Positions 16,937 to 25,737 of a DNA stretch of 64,000 nt are shown here, piece after piece (the stretch's first letter is position 1; every line of letters begins with the position of its first letter). The stretch is from a virus (taxonomy: Duplodnaviria > Heunggongvirae > Uroviricota > Caudoviricetes), in the IMG/VR virus record IMGVR_UViG_3300032030_000021, positions 29,122 to 93,121 of that record; one strand, given 5' to 3'. The translations under genes were made by a program, and so were the position numbers. Under the pieces are notes generated by a model, which worked only from the letters and a program-made list of their open reading frames with translations, did no database searches and was not told the DNA's origin.

Positions 16937-18043
16937 ATGGATGCACAAATCATCATAGGAGCCAATTATGGGGATGAAGGCAAAGGTACCGTCACTGCGC
17001 TGATCACGAATAAATATTTAGGAAACACTCTAAATGTACTGACTAACGGCGGATCTCAACGAGGTCATTCTATCCTCACCAAAGATGGATCTATCACTTA
17101 TCAGCACTTTGGATCCGGCACATATCATGATGCGGATTCTTTTTATTGTAATCGTTTCATCTTGAATCCGGCACAGTTCACTAAAGAATGGAATAATCTG
17201 ATAGAAAAACCCAATGTCTTTCGAGATCCAGGTTGCCTATGGACTACCGTTTGGGATATGATGGCTAATCGCATAGAAGAAGAACGGAAAAAAAGATTTG
17301 CGAGTTGTGGCATGGGTATCTGGAATACCATTAGGAGAAGCCGGAAAGTATATATGAGATTTGACGATTTCATGGCATTAACCAAAAAAGAGCAATCCGC
17401 CTTTCTCCGGAAGGTAAGGTCTTTTTATGAGAACCACTTAGATTTCTCCTCGTTCTGGAAAAAGATCTGGTACGATTATGATATTGAAACTCACTTTCTG
17501 GAAGATTGCCAATTCATGAAAGATCATACTATTTCCGGAACTATTCAAGAGCTCTTGGCTCTTAAAAGTTTATGTACAAATACATATGATAATATAGTGT
17601 TCGAAAACGGACAGGGACTTCTTCTTAAAGACACCGGAAGAGATACATTTGATACTACCCCGTCCGACACCGGAGCTACATATGCATTAGATATCATCAA
17701 AGATCTAGAAAAATGCGGAATGGAGTTTGACACTACTCTTCATTACGTCACTCGTCCATATCTTACCAGGCATGGAGATGGAAATATAAGCAATGAGAAC
17801 AAGAGAACTCACATTTCCGAATCTATCCGGGAGGATAGAACCAACCAATGGAATTCCAATCAAGGAGAGTTCCGGTATGGAAAATTAGATATGGGGGCAT
17901 TAAAAAGTCGCATCGAAGAAGATGCTCGTGGACACAAATATGTGTTAGATGTCACACACTGCGATGAGATGGATCGAAAAACGGAATTTGATAGGATTTT
18001 CGGACCGGAAAATATCCAATATATAGACACTCCAATGATTTAA
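16937..18043 (+). CDS. adenylosuccinate synthetase (PurA) family protein, short phage form (PurZ-like candidate)
   Basis: [20 protein letters not shown] matches PurA [31 protein letters not shown] matches QGGHNAGHTL. Later [11 protein letters not shown] matches FEGAQGTLLD. Length 368 aa versus ~430 aa for cellular PurA. Confidence 0.6.
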   Translation: [368 protein letters not shown]

Positions 18044-18047
18044 TTAC

Positions 18048-18076
18048 AGGTTCCTCCGGGAACCTTTATTATTTTT
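18048..18076 (+). terminator. rho-independent terminator after PurA-like gene
   Basis: AGGTTCCtccgGGAACCT plus T-rich tract. Confidence 0.6.
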
Positions 18077-18093
18077 AGAAAATTGATAGTCGT

Positions 18094-18558
18094 ATGAAGG
18101 ATCCGGAGAAAGTCGATGTAGTGCTTATAATGGAAGAACCACCCCGTATATATGAAGCAAAGGGTACCACGAAGCAATCCGGTTCTCTGGATCCCCGTAC
18201 CGACTACTCACCGGACTGGCTTCCGGATCATATAGAGTGGTTGAGGGGACTGGGCTCCGGATCTCAGAACAGCTTTGGCTATCAACTTCGAAATGCCCTG
18301 AGCCTGGGCGCTGGATATCAGGTAGAGGTTACGGATTTCAACGAAGCCATCTCTGTAAAGATCACTTATACTAATGTCCGGACTTGCAAGTCCGCCAGCT
18401 TGCACGCTTGTGTGGTGTTCCGTACTAAGTCCGGCGTATGCAATGCCTATATCAACGGACAAAGATTCCGGACTTGTAATAACGTCGGACAAGCCGCTTC
18501 TTATATACGGAATAAAGCTGCTGCCCTGATAGGTCGGACAACAACAATGGAGAGTTAG
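18094..18558 (+). CDS. hypothetical protein
   Basis: 154-aa ORF between a terminator and the tagged-family cluster. Confidence 0.4.
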   Translation: MKDPEKVDVVLIMEEPPRIYEAKGTTKQSGSLDPRTDYSPDWLPDHIEWLRGLGSGSQNSFGYQLRNALSLGAGYQVEVTDFNEAISVKITYTNVRTCKSASLHACVVFRTKSGVCNAYINGQRFRTCNNVGQAASYIRNKAAALIGRTTTMES

Positions 18559-18562
18559 GATT

Positions 18563-18976
18563 ATGAGGACATTACAGGAATCTATAATAGGGCGGCGAGG
18601 CTCTCAACATGGGCGTTCTAAATCAAAAGAGCTTAAGTGTTTTGAGGATTTGGAATATGGAGATATTGTAATTATCCAAAATCGCGCGCTTTCGGGCAGT
18701 AAATATTATATATATCTTCCTAAAGGAATATGTTACCTTCTATTCAATAGAACCCGGCTAAGAGAAGATGCATTTGTAACATGTAATCTGAATAACAATA
18801 TGGTACCATTATCTTATTGGAAGGCGGATGGGTTTAATCATTTTGATTTTCCGTTTTTCACAAGAAAAAGTGCGGAAATTGTAAGCTGCGAGGGACATGT
18901 TCAAGAATATTATTCTATAAAAACCGAAGAAGATGTTAAACGTATTTTTAATAAATACAATCTACCAATATCATGA
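18563..18976 (+). CDS. tagged-family protein (subfamily with DLEYGDIVIIQN core and IFNKYNLP C-terminus)
   Basis: Starts MRTLQESIIGRRGSQ. Overlaps the next gene by ATGA. Confidence 0.65.
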   Translation: MRTLQESIIGRRGSQHGRSKSKELKCFEDLEYGDIVIIQNRALSGSKYYIYLPKGICYLLFNRTRLREDAFVTCNLNNNMVPLSYWKADGFNHFDFPFFTRKSAEIVSCEGHVQEYYSIKTEEDVKRIFNKYNLPIS

Positions 18977-19377
18977 AAACACTGCAAGAATCTATAATAG
19001 GAAGAAAAGGATCTTCTATCCGTTCTAAATCAAAAGCGCTTAGGTGTTTTGGAGATTTGGAATATGGAGATATTGTAATTATCCAAAATTACTCACGTCG
19101 GGATAGCAAATATTATATATATCTTCCTAAAGAGATATGCTCGCCTCTATTTAATTTCTTAAGAGAAGATGCATTCGTAACATGTAATCTAAACGACAAA
19201 TTGGTACCATTATCTTATTGGAAGGCGGATGGCTTTAATTATTATGGTTTTCCGCTTTTCGCAGCAGGTGCCGCCGAAATTGTGAGTTATGAGGGGCATG
19301 TTCGAGAATACAATTCTATAAAAACCCAGGTAGATGTTAAACGCATTTTTGACAAATACAATCTACCAATATCATGA
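18973..19377 (+). CDS. tagged-family protein (same subfamily)
   Basis: Starts MKTLQESIIGRKGSS. C-terminus KRIFDKYNLPIS. Confidence 0.65.
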   Translation: MKTLQESIIGRKGSSIRSKSKALRCFGDLEYGDIVIIQNYSRRDSKYYIYLPKEICSPLFNFLREDAFVTCNLNDKLVPLSYWKADGFNYYGFPLFAAGAAEIVSYEGHVREYNSIKTQVDVKRIFDKYNLPIS

Positions 19378-19742
19378 GAACGTTGCAAGAATCCATAATA
19401 GGGCGAAAAGGCACACCATATCGAAAACCAATACCGAAAAGTTTTGATGATCTAGAATATGGGGATTTTATTGAGATAAGTGGAATTTTTGGCGGTACAT
19501 TTTTATATGTTCCGCATTCTGTGTCTGATATATATTTTAATAATAATGTGGATGCATTTATAAGACCTTCTGATTACTGGACGGCAGAAACCTTTAAATT
19601 TTCATTTCCATATCATAATACCGACAAAACTCATAAAATAGAAAAAATAATTGGGTCTGTTAGTGAAAATGAATATAGTAATTTGAAAACCAAAAAAGAC
19701 GTATCTCATCTTTTTAATAAATATAATATACCGAGCAAATGA
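19374..19742 (+). CDS. tagged-family protein (same subfamily)
   Basis: Starts MRTLQESIIGRKGTP. C-terminus SHLFNKYNIPSK. Confidence 0.65.
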   Translation: MRTLQESIIGRKGTPYRKPIPKSFDDLEYGDFIEISGIFGGTFLYVPHSVSDIYFNNNVDAFIRPSDYWTAETFKFSFPYHNTDKTHKIEKIIGSVSENEYSNLKTKKDVSHLFNKYNIPSK

Positions 19743-20392
19743 AAACACTTTATGAATCGATAATAGGAAGGAAAGGATCATATCTAGGTGGTGTCCCAGT
19801 AGTATTCTGGAATAAATATGACCCGACCGACATAAGTATCGTGATAGACATGCCCCGAAACGTCATAGGGGTTATAGAACAGTCAGATGAGGGTGATTGT
19901 ATTTTAGAAATAAAAAATCTTAATAGCATCCATATATTATATATGTCCGGCGAACCGGGTTGTACTGCTATCTTAGATACAAAATGCCGATTATTGAATG
20001 AATTTCAAAACAAGTTTGAATCGGAATATAATAGAGTTCTCTCCGGTGTAACCGTTCAAGATTTTATTAAAAGTTATTATAAATATGAATTACATGTGGG
20101 GGATGCATATATTCCCATAGGTAGTATATTGGTACGGGAAATAACAAAATCCATTCCCAGGACACACAAAATACTAGATATATTTGATCCGGATTATGCC
20201 TGGAATGCTTGGACAGAATTTATATGGAATATGCCGGATGCTACTTCTACTACCGGCCCATATTCATTCGGATATGCTATAGTGGATTTAGGGCATAAGA
20301 AAATAATTGAAAGTCCCCGTGGATATAATATTAATATAAGGATGGAAACTTTCAAAGAATTTGGACGGCATAATGAAAGATATGGGAATTAA
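19739..20392 (+). CDS. tagged-family protein, larger member
   Basis: Starts MKTLYESIIGRKGSY. 217 aa. Confidence 0.6.
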   Translation: MKTLYESIIGRKGSYLGGVPVVFWNKYDPTDISIVIDMPRNVIGVIEQSDEGDCILEIKNLNSIHILYMSGEPGCTAILDTKCRLLNEFQNKFESEYNRVLSGVTVQDFIKSYYKYELHVGDAYIPIGSILVREITKSIPRTHKILDIFDPDYAWNAWTEFIWNMPDATSTTGPYSFGYAIVDLGHKKIIESPRGYNINIRMETFKEFGRHNERYGN

Positions 20393-20401
20393 AAGAGACA
20401 C

Positions 20402-20758
20402 ATGAAGCATATCAGCGAATCTATAATAGGAAGAAAAGGAGGTACTTATAATTCATCTAAAATACCCGGAGATTGGTATCCGGGACAAGATCTGGAATAT
20501 GGGGATATTATAGTATCGAATTGGAAGAATATGTATTATATATGCCTTCCGGTTAAACAATGTATCGGATGGTGGGGTAGATATGACGGGCCAAGAGCTC
20601 AGACGGCCCTGATAAGATATAGTCCTTCTGGAGCTCGTTATACTAGTAACCTCGCAAGTGATTATCAATTTGTAAGATATATAAGAGAATATAAAAATAT
20701 AAAGACACCAGAAGATCTTAAACGCATTTTTGATAAATATAACATACCACACGAATGA
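20402..20758 (+). CDS. tagged-family protein (same subfamily)
   Basis: Starts MKHISESIIGRKGGT. C-terminus KRIFDKYNIPHE. Confidence 0.65.
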   Translation: MKHISESIIGRKGGTYNSSKIPGDWYPGQDLEYGDIIVSNWKNMYYICLPVKQCIGWWGRYDGPRAQTALIRYSPSGARYTSNLASDYQFVRYIREYKNIKTPEDLKRIFDKYNIPHE

Positions 20759-21330
20759 GAACACTTAGCGAATCTATAATAGGACGAAAGGGGAGTGTAG
20801 GATACCAATATGCTACACTAGGCCACCGAGACGAACTTATCTTGAGCGTCAATGCTATAGAACCTATTGGTAGTAAACCTACTAATTCCAATCCCCTACC
20901 TAAAGAAATTGTTTTTATATCCTGGGACGAAATCGGTATATATCCGGTAGTCACCGGATGTAGTACGGAAAACGAACTGAAACGGAAGATAATAAGCGTG
21001 TATGATGCACTGAAATCCACTAGCATGGAAGATATATGCAATCTGATGTGCATAGAATGGAAAGTTAAGTCCAATTGGTTCAAGTTTCCACTTTGGTGTG
21101 TGGTAGAATATTTCCGGGATGAGTGGGAGGATATGATGAATATAGATGTAACTGATCCACTAAGCAAATGGGCGTCTGATAGCGAATTGTATGATAAAAT
21201 TATTGCTTGGATAAAGGATACCCCATATCAATTTACTCCAGAAACCGAAATGTTTTGGTCTATAATAGATACTAATACCGGAAAGATAATAGCACGGAGC
21301 AGAACCGGCAAAATAATAATTGATAAATGA
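20755..21330 (+). CDS. tagged-family protein
   Basis: Starts MRTLSESIIGRKGSV. Confidence 0.6.
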   Translation: MRTLSESIIGRKGSVGYQYATLGHRDELILSVNAIEPIGSKPTNSNPLPKEIVFISWDEIGIYPVVTGCSTENELKRKIISVYDALKSTSMEDICNLMCIEWKVKSNWFKFPLWCVVEYFRDEWEDMMNIDVTDPLSKWASDSELYDKIIAWIKDTPYQFTPETEMFWSIIDTNTGKIIARSRTGKIIIDK

Positions 21331-21635
21331 GAACACTCAGCGAATCTATAATAGGACGGAAAGGAACTCGACCACAAACCAATATTATCAAGGATTGTCG
21401 CGATATGATTTCTAGAATAGACCATTCTCCATGGAAAGAAGCTATGGTGATGGCAACGAATTATTATGATGTCTTAATACAAAATAGATACCAATATCCC
21501 GAGGAAGTCCGGCAAATTATAGATGATTCTATAAACGAATGGTCCGGTAAGGTTTTATCTAAGATATCTAGCACCGACATTATGATACAGGCTATCAGGA
21601 GCATTTCCAATCTAGCTAAAAAACAAAGATCATGA
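21327..21635 (+). CDS. tagged-family protein
   Basis: Starts MRTLSESIIGRKGTR. Confidence 0.6.
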   Translation: MRTLSESIIGRKGTRPQTNIIKDCRDMISRIDHSPWKEAMVMATNYYDVLIQNRYQYPEEVRQIIDDSINEWSGKVLSKISSTDIMIQAIRSISNLAKKQRS

Positions 21636-22042
21636 AATCTATAACCGAATCTATAATAGGAAGAAGAGGAGTTTCCGGAAAACTACACAAATTCGACGAT
21701 TTAAAATACGGGGATTTTGTGGTTATTGATATGCCTGCCGAACAAAAAATGTTCGATTGCCTGTATGTACCGGAATATATTGCTATGAAAGTAATTTCTT
21801 ATCCTGGACCTACGGATGATTTTGGTCGATTTATATGTGTTGATCACAACGGTAAGGATATATCTTCTTTCCGGGCCGATAAGTTTGTAGATGACTTTCC
21901 GGATTGCCCCGAAGATGATGAATTTTTTTATAGTAAAATAGTAAATAAAATCGGCCATACGGAAGAATATGTTTCTTTAAAGGACAGAAAAGACGTGATA
22001 AATCTTTTTAAGAAATATAATTTAATAGGATTCCATCGCTAA
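21632..22042 (+). CDS. tagged-family protein (same subfamily)
   Basis: Starts MKSITESIIGRRGVS. C-terminus INLFKKYNL. Confidence 0.6.
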   Translation: MKSITESIIGRRGVSGKLHKFDDLKYGDFVVIDMPAEQKMFDCLYVPEYIAMKVISYPGPTDDFGRFICVDHNGKDISSFRADKFVDDFPDCPEDDEFFYSKIVNKIGHTEEYVSLKDRKDVINLFKKYNLIGFHR

Positions 22043-22077
22043 AAACCACGTCGTAACTTATTAAATATTAATAAATT

Positions 22078-22106
22078 AACCACCTCAAAAGGGTGGTTTT
22101 ATTTTT
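22078..22106 (+). terminator. rho-independent terminator after tagged-family cluster
   Basis: AACCACCtcaaaaGGGTGGTT plus T-run. Confidence 0.65.
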
Positions 22107-22158
22107 GAAGTATAATTTACACATAATCAACCAAATAAATTAAATAAATTTAGTTAAT

Positions 22159-24048
22159 ATGATTCTTAATGAAAACGAACAGAGATATCGCAATCTGATT
22201 TCCGAAGAATTGCATGTCACTGATGAAAGAAAACTGAACTGGATGGCTCAAATGGCCAATGTTCATGCCATCAAAGAAGGCTTGCAGCCCAATAATGTTA
22301 GTGCGGATCATGGCGGCATTTATGCTACTCCTCTGAACACATTAGGTATTGGCAATCCTTTCATGCCTCAGGGTCTTGGAATGAACAATCCTAATCTTGG
22401 TGATGGTATTGGCAACACCGGTGCCGATTTCCACAATCCTGCTTATGTTAATGGTTCCGGTGATGTTCCTATGTCTACTCTTTCTATGGCATTGGAAGTT
22501 GCAGCCGTTACCGTTGGTTTCGACTTGGTCGCTACCGTCGTGGCTACCGGCCCTATGGCTATGTTGACCTTCGTTGATTATCCTTATGCTGGTGGTAAAC
22601 TCGGTCACATTGGCGAGACCTGGCAAGATGGCATTGGTCCTGACAACGAGAACAAACCCATTTACATCATGTTGAAGGGTGACATGGAAACCTCTATGAA
22701 GTTCCGCGACAATGAAAACGTAGAACCCGGCCGTACTACCGTGACGATCACCGGTGACACCGGCAAGTTCATTGGTATCTATATGGGCAACTCCCGTATC
22801 GACGGTTCCGCAATCTTCCAAGTGAAGAGTGTGAAGGAAGACGATAAAGATATTTCTATCGCTCAAATGTTCCAGAAGGAAGGCGTGTTCACAACCGATG
22901 CTAAAGATAAAGATGGTAATGATATCGTATTCGGTAAAGCCGGTACGCCGGGTTCCGGTACCGAAGGTGAAGATGACTATGTTGCTCCTACCGAAGGTAC
23001 TAATGTGAGACTGATCCCGGAACTGGTGAAAGGTATCACCGATCACATCCAGTCATTCTCTAACTTCTTCGGAAACAGAGTTGAGAATGAAGATGGTTCT
23101 TATAGCGTTGTTCCTTCCGACGATCCTATGACCAGAGCTCAAAACGAAACCGGTACTGGTAACACTATTGGTGTTCGTATGTTCTCTAAGATGATCCAAA
23201 TGGGTAACTATGAAGTGACCGGTGCTGTTACTCGTCAGCAGCTTCAAGATATGCCTCTGTATGGCATCGATGTTATTGGTGGTGTATTGGAAGCTTGTCA
23301 GGCCGAGATTTCCCAGGCTCTGAACAACCGTATCATCGACCGCGTTATGAAACTTGGTGTTGAGAACTACAAAGTACAGAAAGCCGTTCAAGGCTGCGAC
23401 TTCAACCTCTACCTCGGCAACGTAGTTAAGGAAGATGGTTCCGCTAACCTGTACAAACCTCTTAACGAGTTCAAGGCATACAACAAGTTCCGCGATTTGA
23501 ATGGTAAAACCGTTCCTTCCGTGAACATTCCGAACGCTACTAAGAACTCCAGCGCCGAGAACGTTACTACTCACCAGAGACGTATTGCTTCTCGTTGTAT
23601 GGCCGCTTCTAACTTGATCTCCAGCGTTACCCGTAGAGGTCGTGCTCATTGGATCCTGACCAATGCTCAGATCCTGACCGCTCTGCAGGATTGCTCCGGT
23701 TATGTGGTAGCTCCTATGGTTAACAATCTGGTTCAAGGTGGTGAAGAGAGCTTGTACTACGCAGGTTCTATTGCCGGTATGCAGATCTATGTTGATCCTT
23801 ACATGCTGTGGGAAGACACTCGTATCTGCGTTGGCCGTAGAGCTACCGTTACTAACAACCAAGTTCAAGGTTCCGGTGTGGTCTTCATGCCGTACATCCT
23901 CGCAGACACTGTGCAAATCGTTGCAGAAGGCACCATGGCTCCTAAGATGCTGGTGAATAGTCGTTATGCAATTGTAGACGCAGGTTTCTATCCCGAGCAG
24001 AATTACTATACCTTCATGGTGGAAACTGATTCTGATTTCATTATCTAA
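22159..24048 (+). CDS. major capsid protein, T4 gp23-like
   Basis: SMALEVAAVTVGFDLVATVVATGPMAMLTFVDYPYAG resembles gp23 VMGMVRRAIPNLIAFDICGVQPMNSPTGQVFALRAVYG. C-terminal HWILTNAQILTALQDCSGY...YYAGSIAGMQIYVDPYM resembles gp23 NFIIASRNVVNVLASVDTGISY...VFAGVLGGKYRVYIDQYA. Upstream region has AAATAAAT boxes. Confidence 0.7.
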   Translation: MILNENEQRYRNLISEELHVTDERKLNWMAQMANVHAIKEGLQPNNVSADHGGIYATPLNTLGIGNPFMPQGLGMNNPNLGDGIGNTGADFHNPAYVNGSGDVPMSTLSMALEVAAVTVGFDLVATVVATGPMAMLTFVDYPYAGGKLGHIGETWQDGIGPDNENKPIYIMLKGDMETSMKFRDNENVEPGRTTVTITGDTGKFIGIYMGNSRIDGSAIFQVKSVKEDDKDISIAQMFQKEGVFTTDAKDKDGNDIVFGKAGTPGSGTEGEDDYVAPTEGTNVRLIPELVKGITDHIQSFSNFFGNRVENEDGSYSVVPSDDPMTRAQNETGTGNTIGVRMFSKMIQMGNYEVTGAVTRQQLQDMPLYGIDVIGGVLEACQAEISQALNNRIIDRVMKLGVENYKVQKAVQGCDFNLYLGNVVKEDGSANLYKPLNEFKAYNKFRDLNGKTVPSVNIPNATKNSSAENVTTHQRRIASRCMAASNLISSVTRRGRAHWILTNAQILTALQDCSGYVVAPMVNNLVQGGEESLYYAGSIAGMQIYVDPYMLWEDTRICVGRRATVTNNQVQGSGVVFMPYILADTVQIVAEGTMAPKMLVNSRYAIVDAGFYPEQNYYTFMVETDSDFII

Positions 24049-24082
24049 TTGAGATAACTACTTCTCTTAGTTGAGATTAAAG

Positions 24083-24108
24083 AAAAGGGATCTTCGGATC
24101 CCTTTTTT
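24083..24108 (+). terminator. rho-independent terminator after MCP gene
   Basis: AAAGGGATCttcgGATCCCTTT plus T-run. Confidence 0.75.
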
Positions 24109-24174
24109 ATTTTATTTTAAGTTACCTCCTTAAAAAAGAGCAAAAATCTTTTATTTTTTATAAAAAGATTTGAC

Positions 24175-25737
24175 ATGAAAGAATTAGATTTTGATTATCC
24201 GGAATTTGAAAAATTAAATCCATCTAATTGTAGAGAAGCATCTATTAGTATTCATTATCCCGAATTTAAGGAATATTTATACAACAAATATCCAGACATA
24301 CCGTTTCCTGAAAAAATATATTTATTTTATCATAACAAGGGCAATCCCGGGATTTGTAAGATGTGTGGAAATAAGACGAAATTTATTGGATTTAAGAAAG
24401 GATATAGGGAGTTTTGTTCTTACGAATGCATGAATTCTTGCGAAGAAATACAAGAACGCAAAAAAATTACATGTCGAAAAAATTATGGCACAGACAACCC
24501 TATGGGTAGTCTTGAGTTAAAAGAAAAAATAAAACGGACATGTTTAGAAAAATATGGAGTAGAGAATTGCTTTCAGTCACCGGAGCTCATGAAAAAAGCT
24601 CGAAAAACATGCAAAAGAAAATACGGGACGGAATATGCTACTCAGTCCCTGTCTGTAAAAGATAAAATATTAGAATCTAGAAGACAGAATATATTAAATA
24701 ATGATGACAGTATATTAGATATTATTCACACAGACAATCATTCCGATCTTTATATTATGAAGTGTCCGGATTCCGGATGCAATCTGTGTTCTAAAAAAAG
24801 ATATGAAATAAAATCTAATATATTATATGATCGTTGCAGATTAGGAGTAGACCCGTGCACTATAAGAACTCCAGTGGGGTCCCATATCAAAAATACGGGT
24901 CTTGAAAAATTTGTTCAAAATATATTAGATGAGTATCATATACATTATATAGCTAATGATAGAAGAATTTTGGATGGGAAAGAATTAGATTTATATATCC
25001 CGGATAGAAAAATAGCTATAGAATGCAATGGTGTATATTGGCATTCTAAATTAGATATGTTTTATCATTATAATAAGTGGCAATATTGTAAAGAAAAAGG
25101 AATTCAACTACTGTCGGTTTGGGAAGATTGGGTGACTAATAAACCGGATGTAATTAAAAATATTATATTGTCTAAGTTGAATATATATGATAATTTTATT
25201 GGTGCGCGAGAATGTGCGGTGGAGCCCGTATCCGCAAAAGAGGCGCGAGTGTTTTTAGATGAAAATCATATTCAAGGTTTTTGTAGTAGCACTATAAGAT
25301 ATGGATTATATTATAAAAATGAATTGGTGGCTTTAATGTGCTTCAAAAAAACTAATAATCCATCTTCTAAAAGGAATATTGGGTGGGAGTTATTAAGGTT
25401 TTGTTCGAAAATAGGATGGCACATAGCCGGGGGTGCTGGCAAGTTATTGAAATACTTCCGGGAAGATCATCCTGAACCAATTATATCATTTGCGTCTCAT
25501 GATATCTCTAATGGAAAATTATATGAAACACTCGGATTTCGGCATACTAGTGAAATTAAAACCTGCTATTGGTATGTCCATAACCAAACTCATAAAAGAT
25601 TTCATCGATCCTCATTTACTAAAAAAGAATTGGTAAGAAAAGGATATGATTCCAAGCTTACCGAAGAACAAATTATGATAAACTCAGATTATTTTAAAAT
25701 ATATGATTCCGGACAAACAAAATACATTTTGGAGTGA
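24175..25737 (+). CDS. free-standing homing-endonuclease-like protein (Vsr/DUF559-like nuclease domain plus zinc ribbon and tandem K-x-T-C-x-x-K-Y-G-x-E-N modules)
   Basis: Contains CKMCGNKTKF, three ~33-aa TC..KYG.EN repeats, and ELDLYIPDRKIAIECNGVYWHS (Vsr FVHGCFWHGH-like) followed by WEDW. Confidence 0.55.
   Translation: MKELDFDYPEFEKLNPSNCREASISIHYPEFKEYLYNKYPDIPFPEKIYLFYHNKGNPGICKMCGNKTKFIGFKKGYREFCSYECMNSCEEIQERKKITCRKNYGTDNPMGSLELKEKIKRTCLEKYGVENCFQSPELMKKARKTCKRKYGTEYATQSLSVKDKILESRRQNILNNDDSILDIIHTDNHSDLYIMKCPDSGCNLCSKKRYEIKSNILYDRCRLGVDPCTIRTPVGSHIKNTGLEKFVQNILDEYHIHYIANDRRILDGKELDLYIPDRKIAIECNGVYWHSKLDMFYHYNKWQYCKEKGIQLLSVWEDWVTNKPDVIKNIILSKLNIYDNFIGARECAVEPVSAKEARVFLDENHIQGFCSSTIRYGLYYKNELVALMCFKKTNNPSSKRNIGWELLRFCSKIGWHIAGGAGKLLKYFREDHPEPIISFASHDISNGKLYETLGFRHTSEIKTCYWYVHNQTHKRFHRSSFTKKELVRKGYDSKLTEEQIMINSDYFKIYDSGQTKYILE

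Noticed and set aside
18563-22042. Alternative reading of the conserved N-terminal tag as a secretion or lipoprotein signal, or as a conserved DNA-level translation-initiation element
   Set aside because: The tag has no hydrophobic core and no Cys lipobox. It is charged (K, E, R, K). Codon usage varies synonymously among copies, so conservation acts on the peptide rather than the nucleotide sequence.
22342-23916. Long minus-strand ORFs (22342..23046 and 23053..23916) inside the capsid gene
   Set aside because: They are antisense shadow ORFs of the gp23-like gene, a GC-richer region without stops on the opposite strand. They have no motifs, and the plus-strand gene has clear homology.
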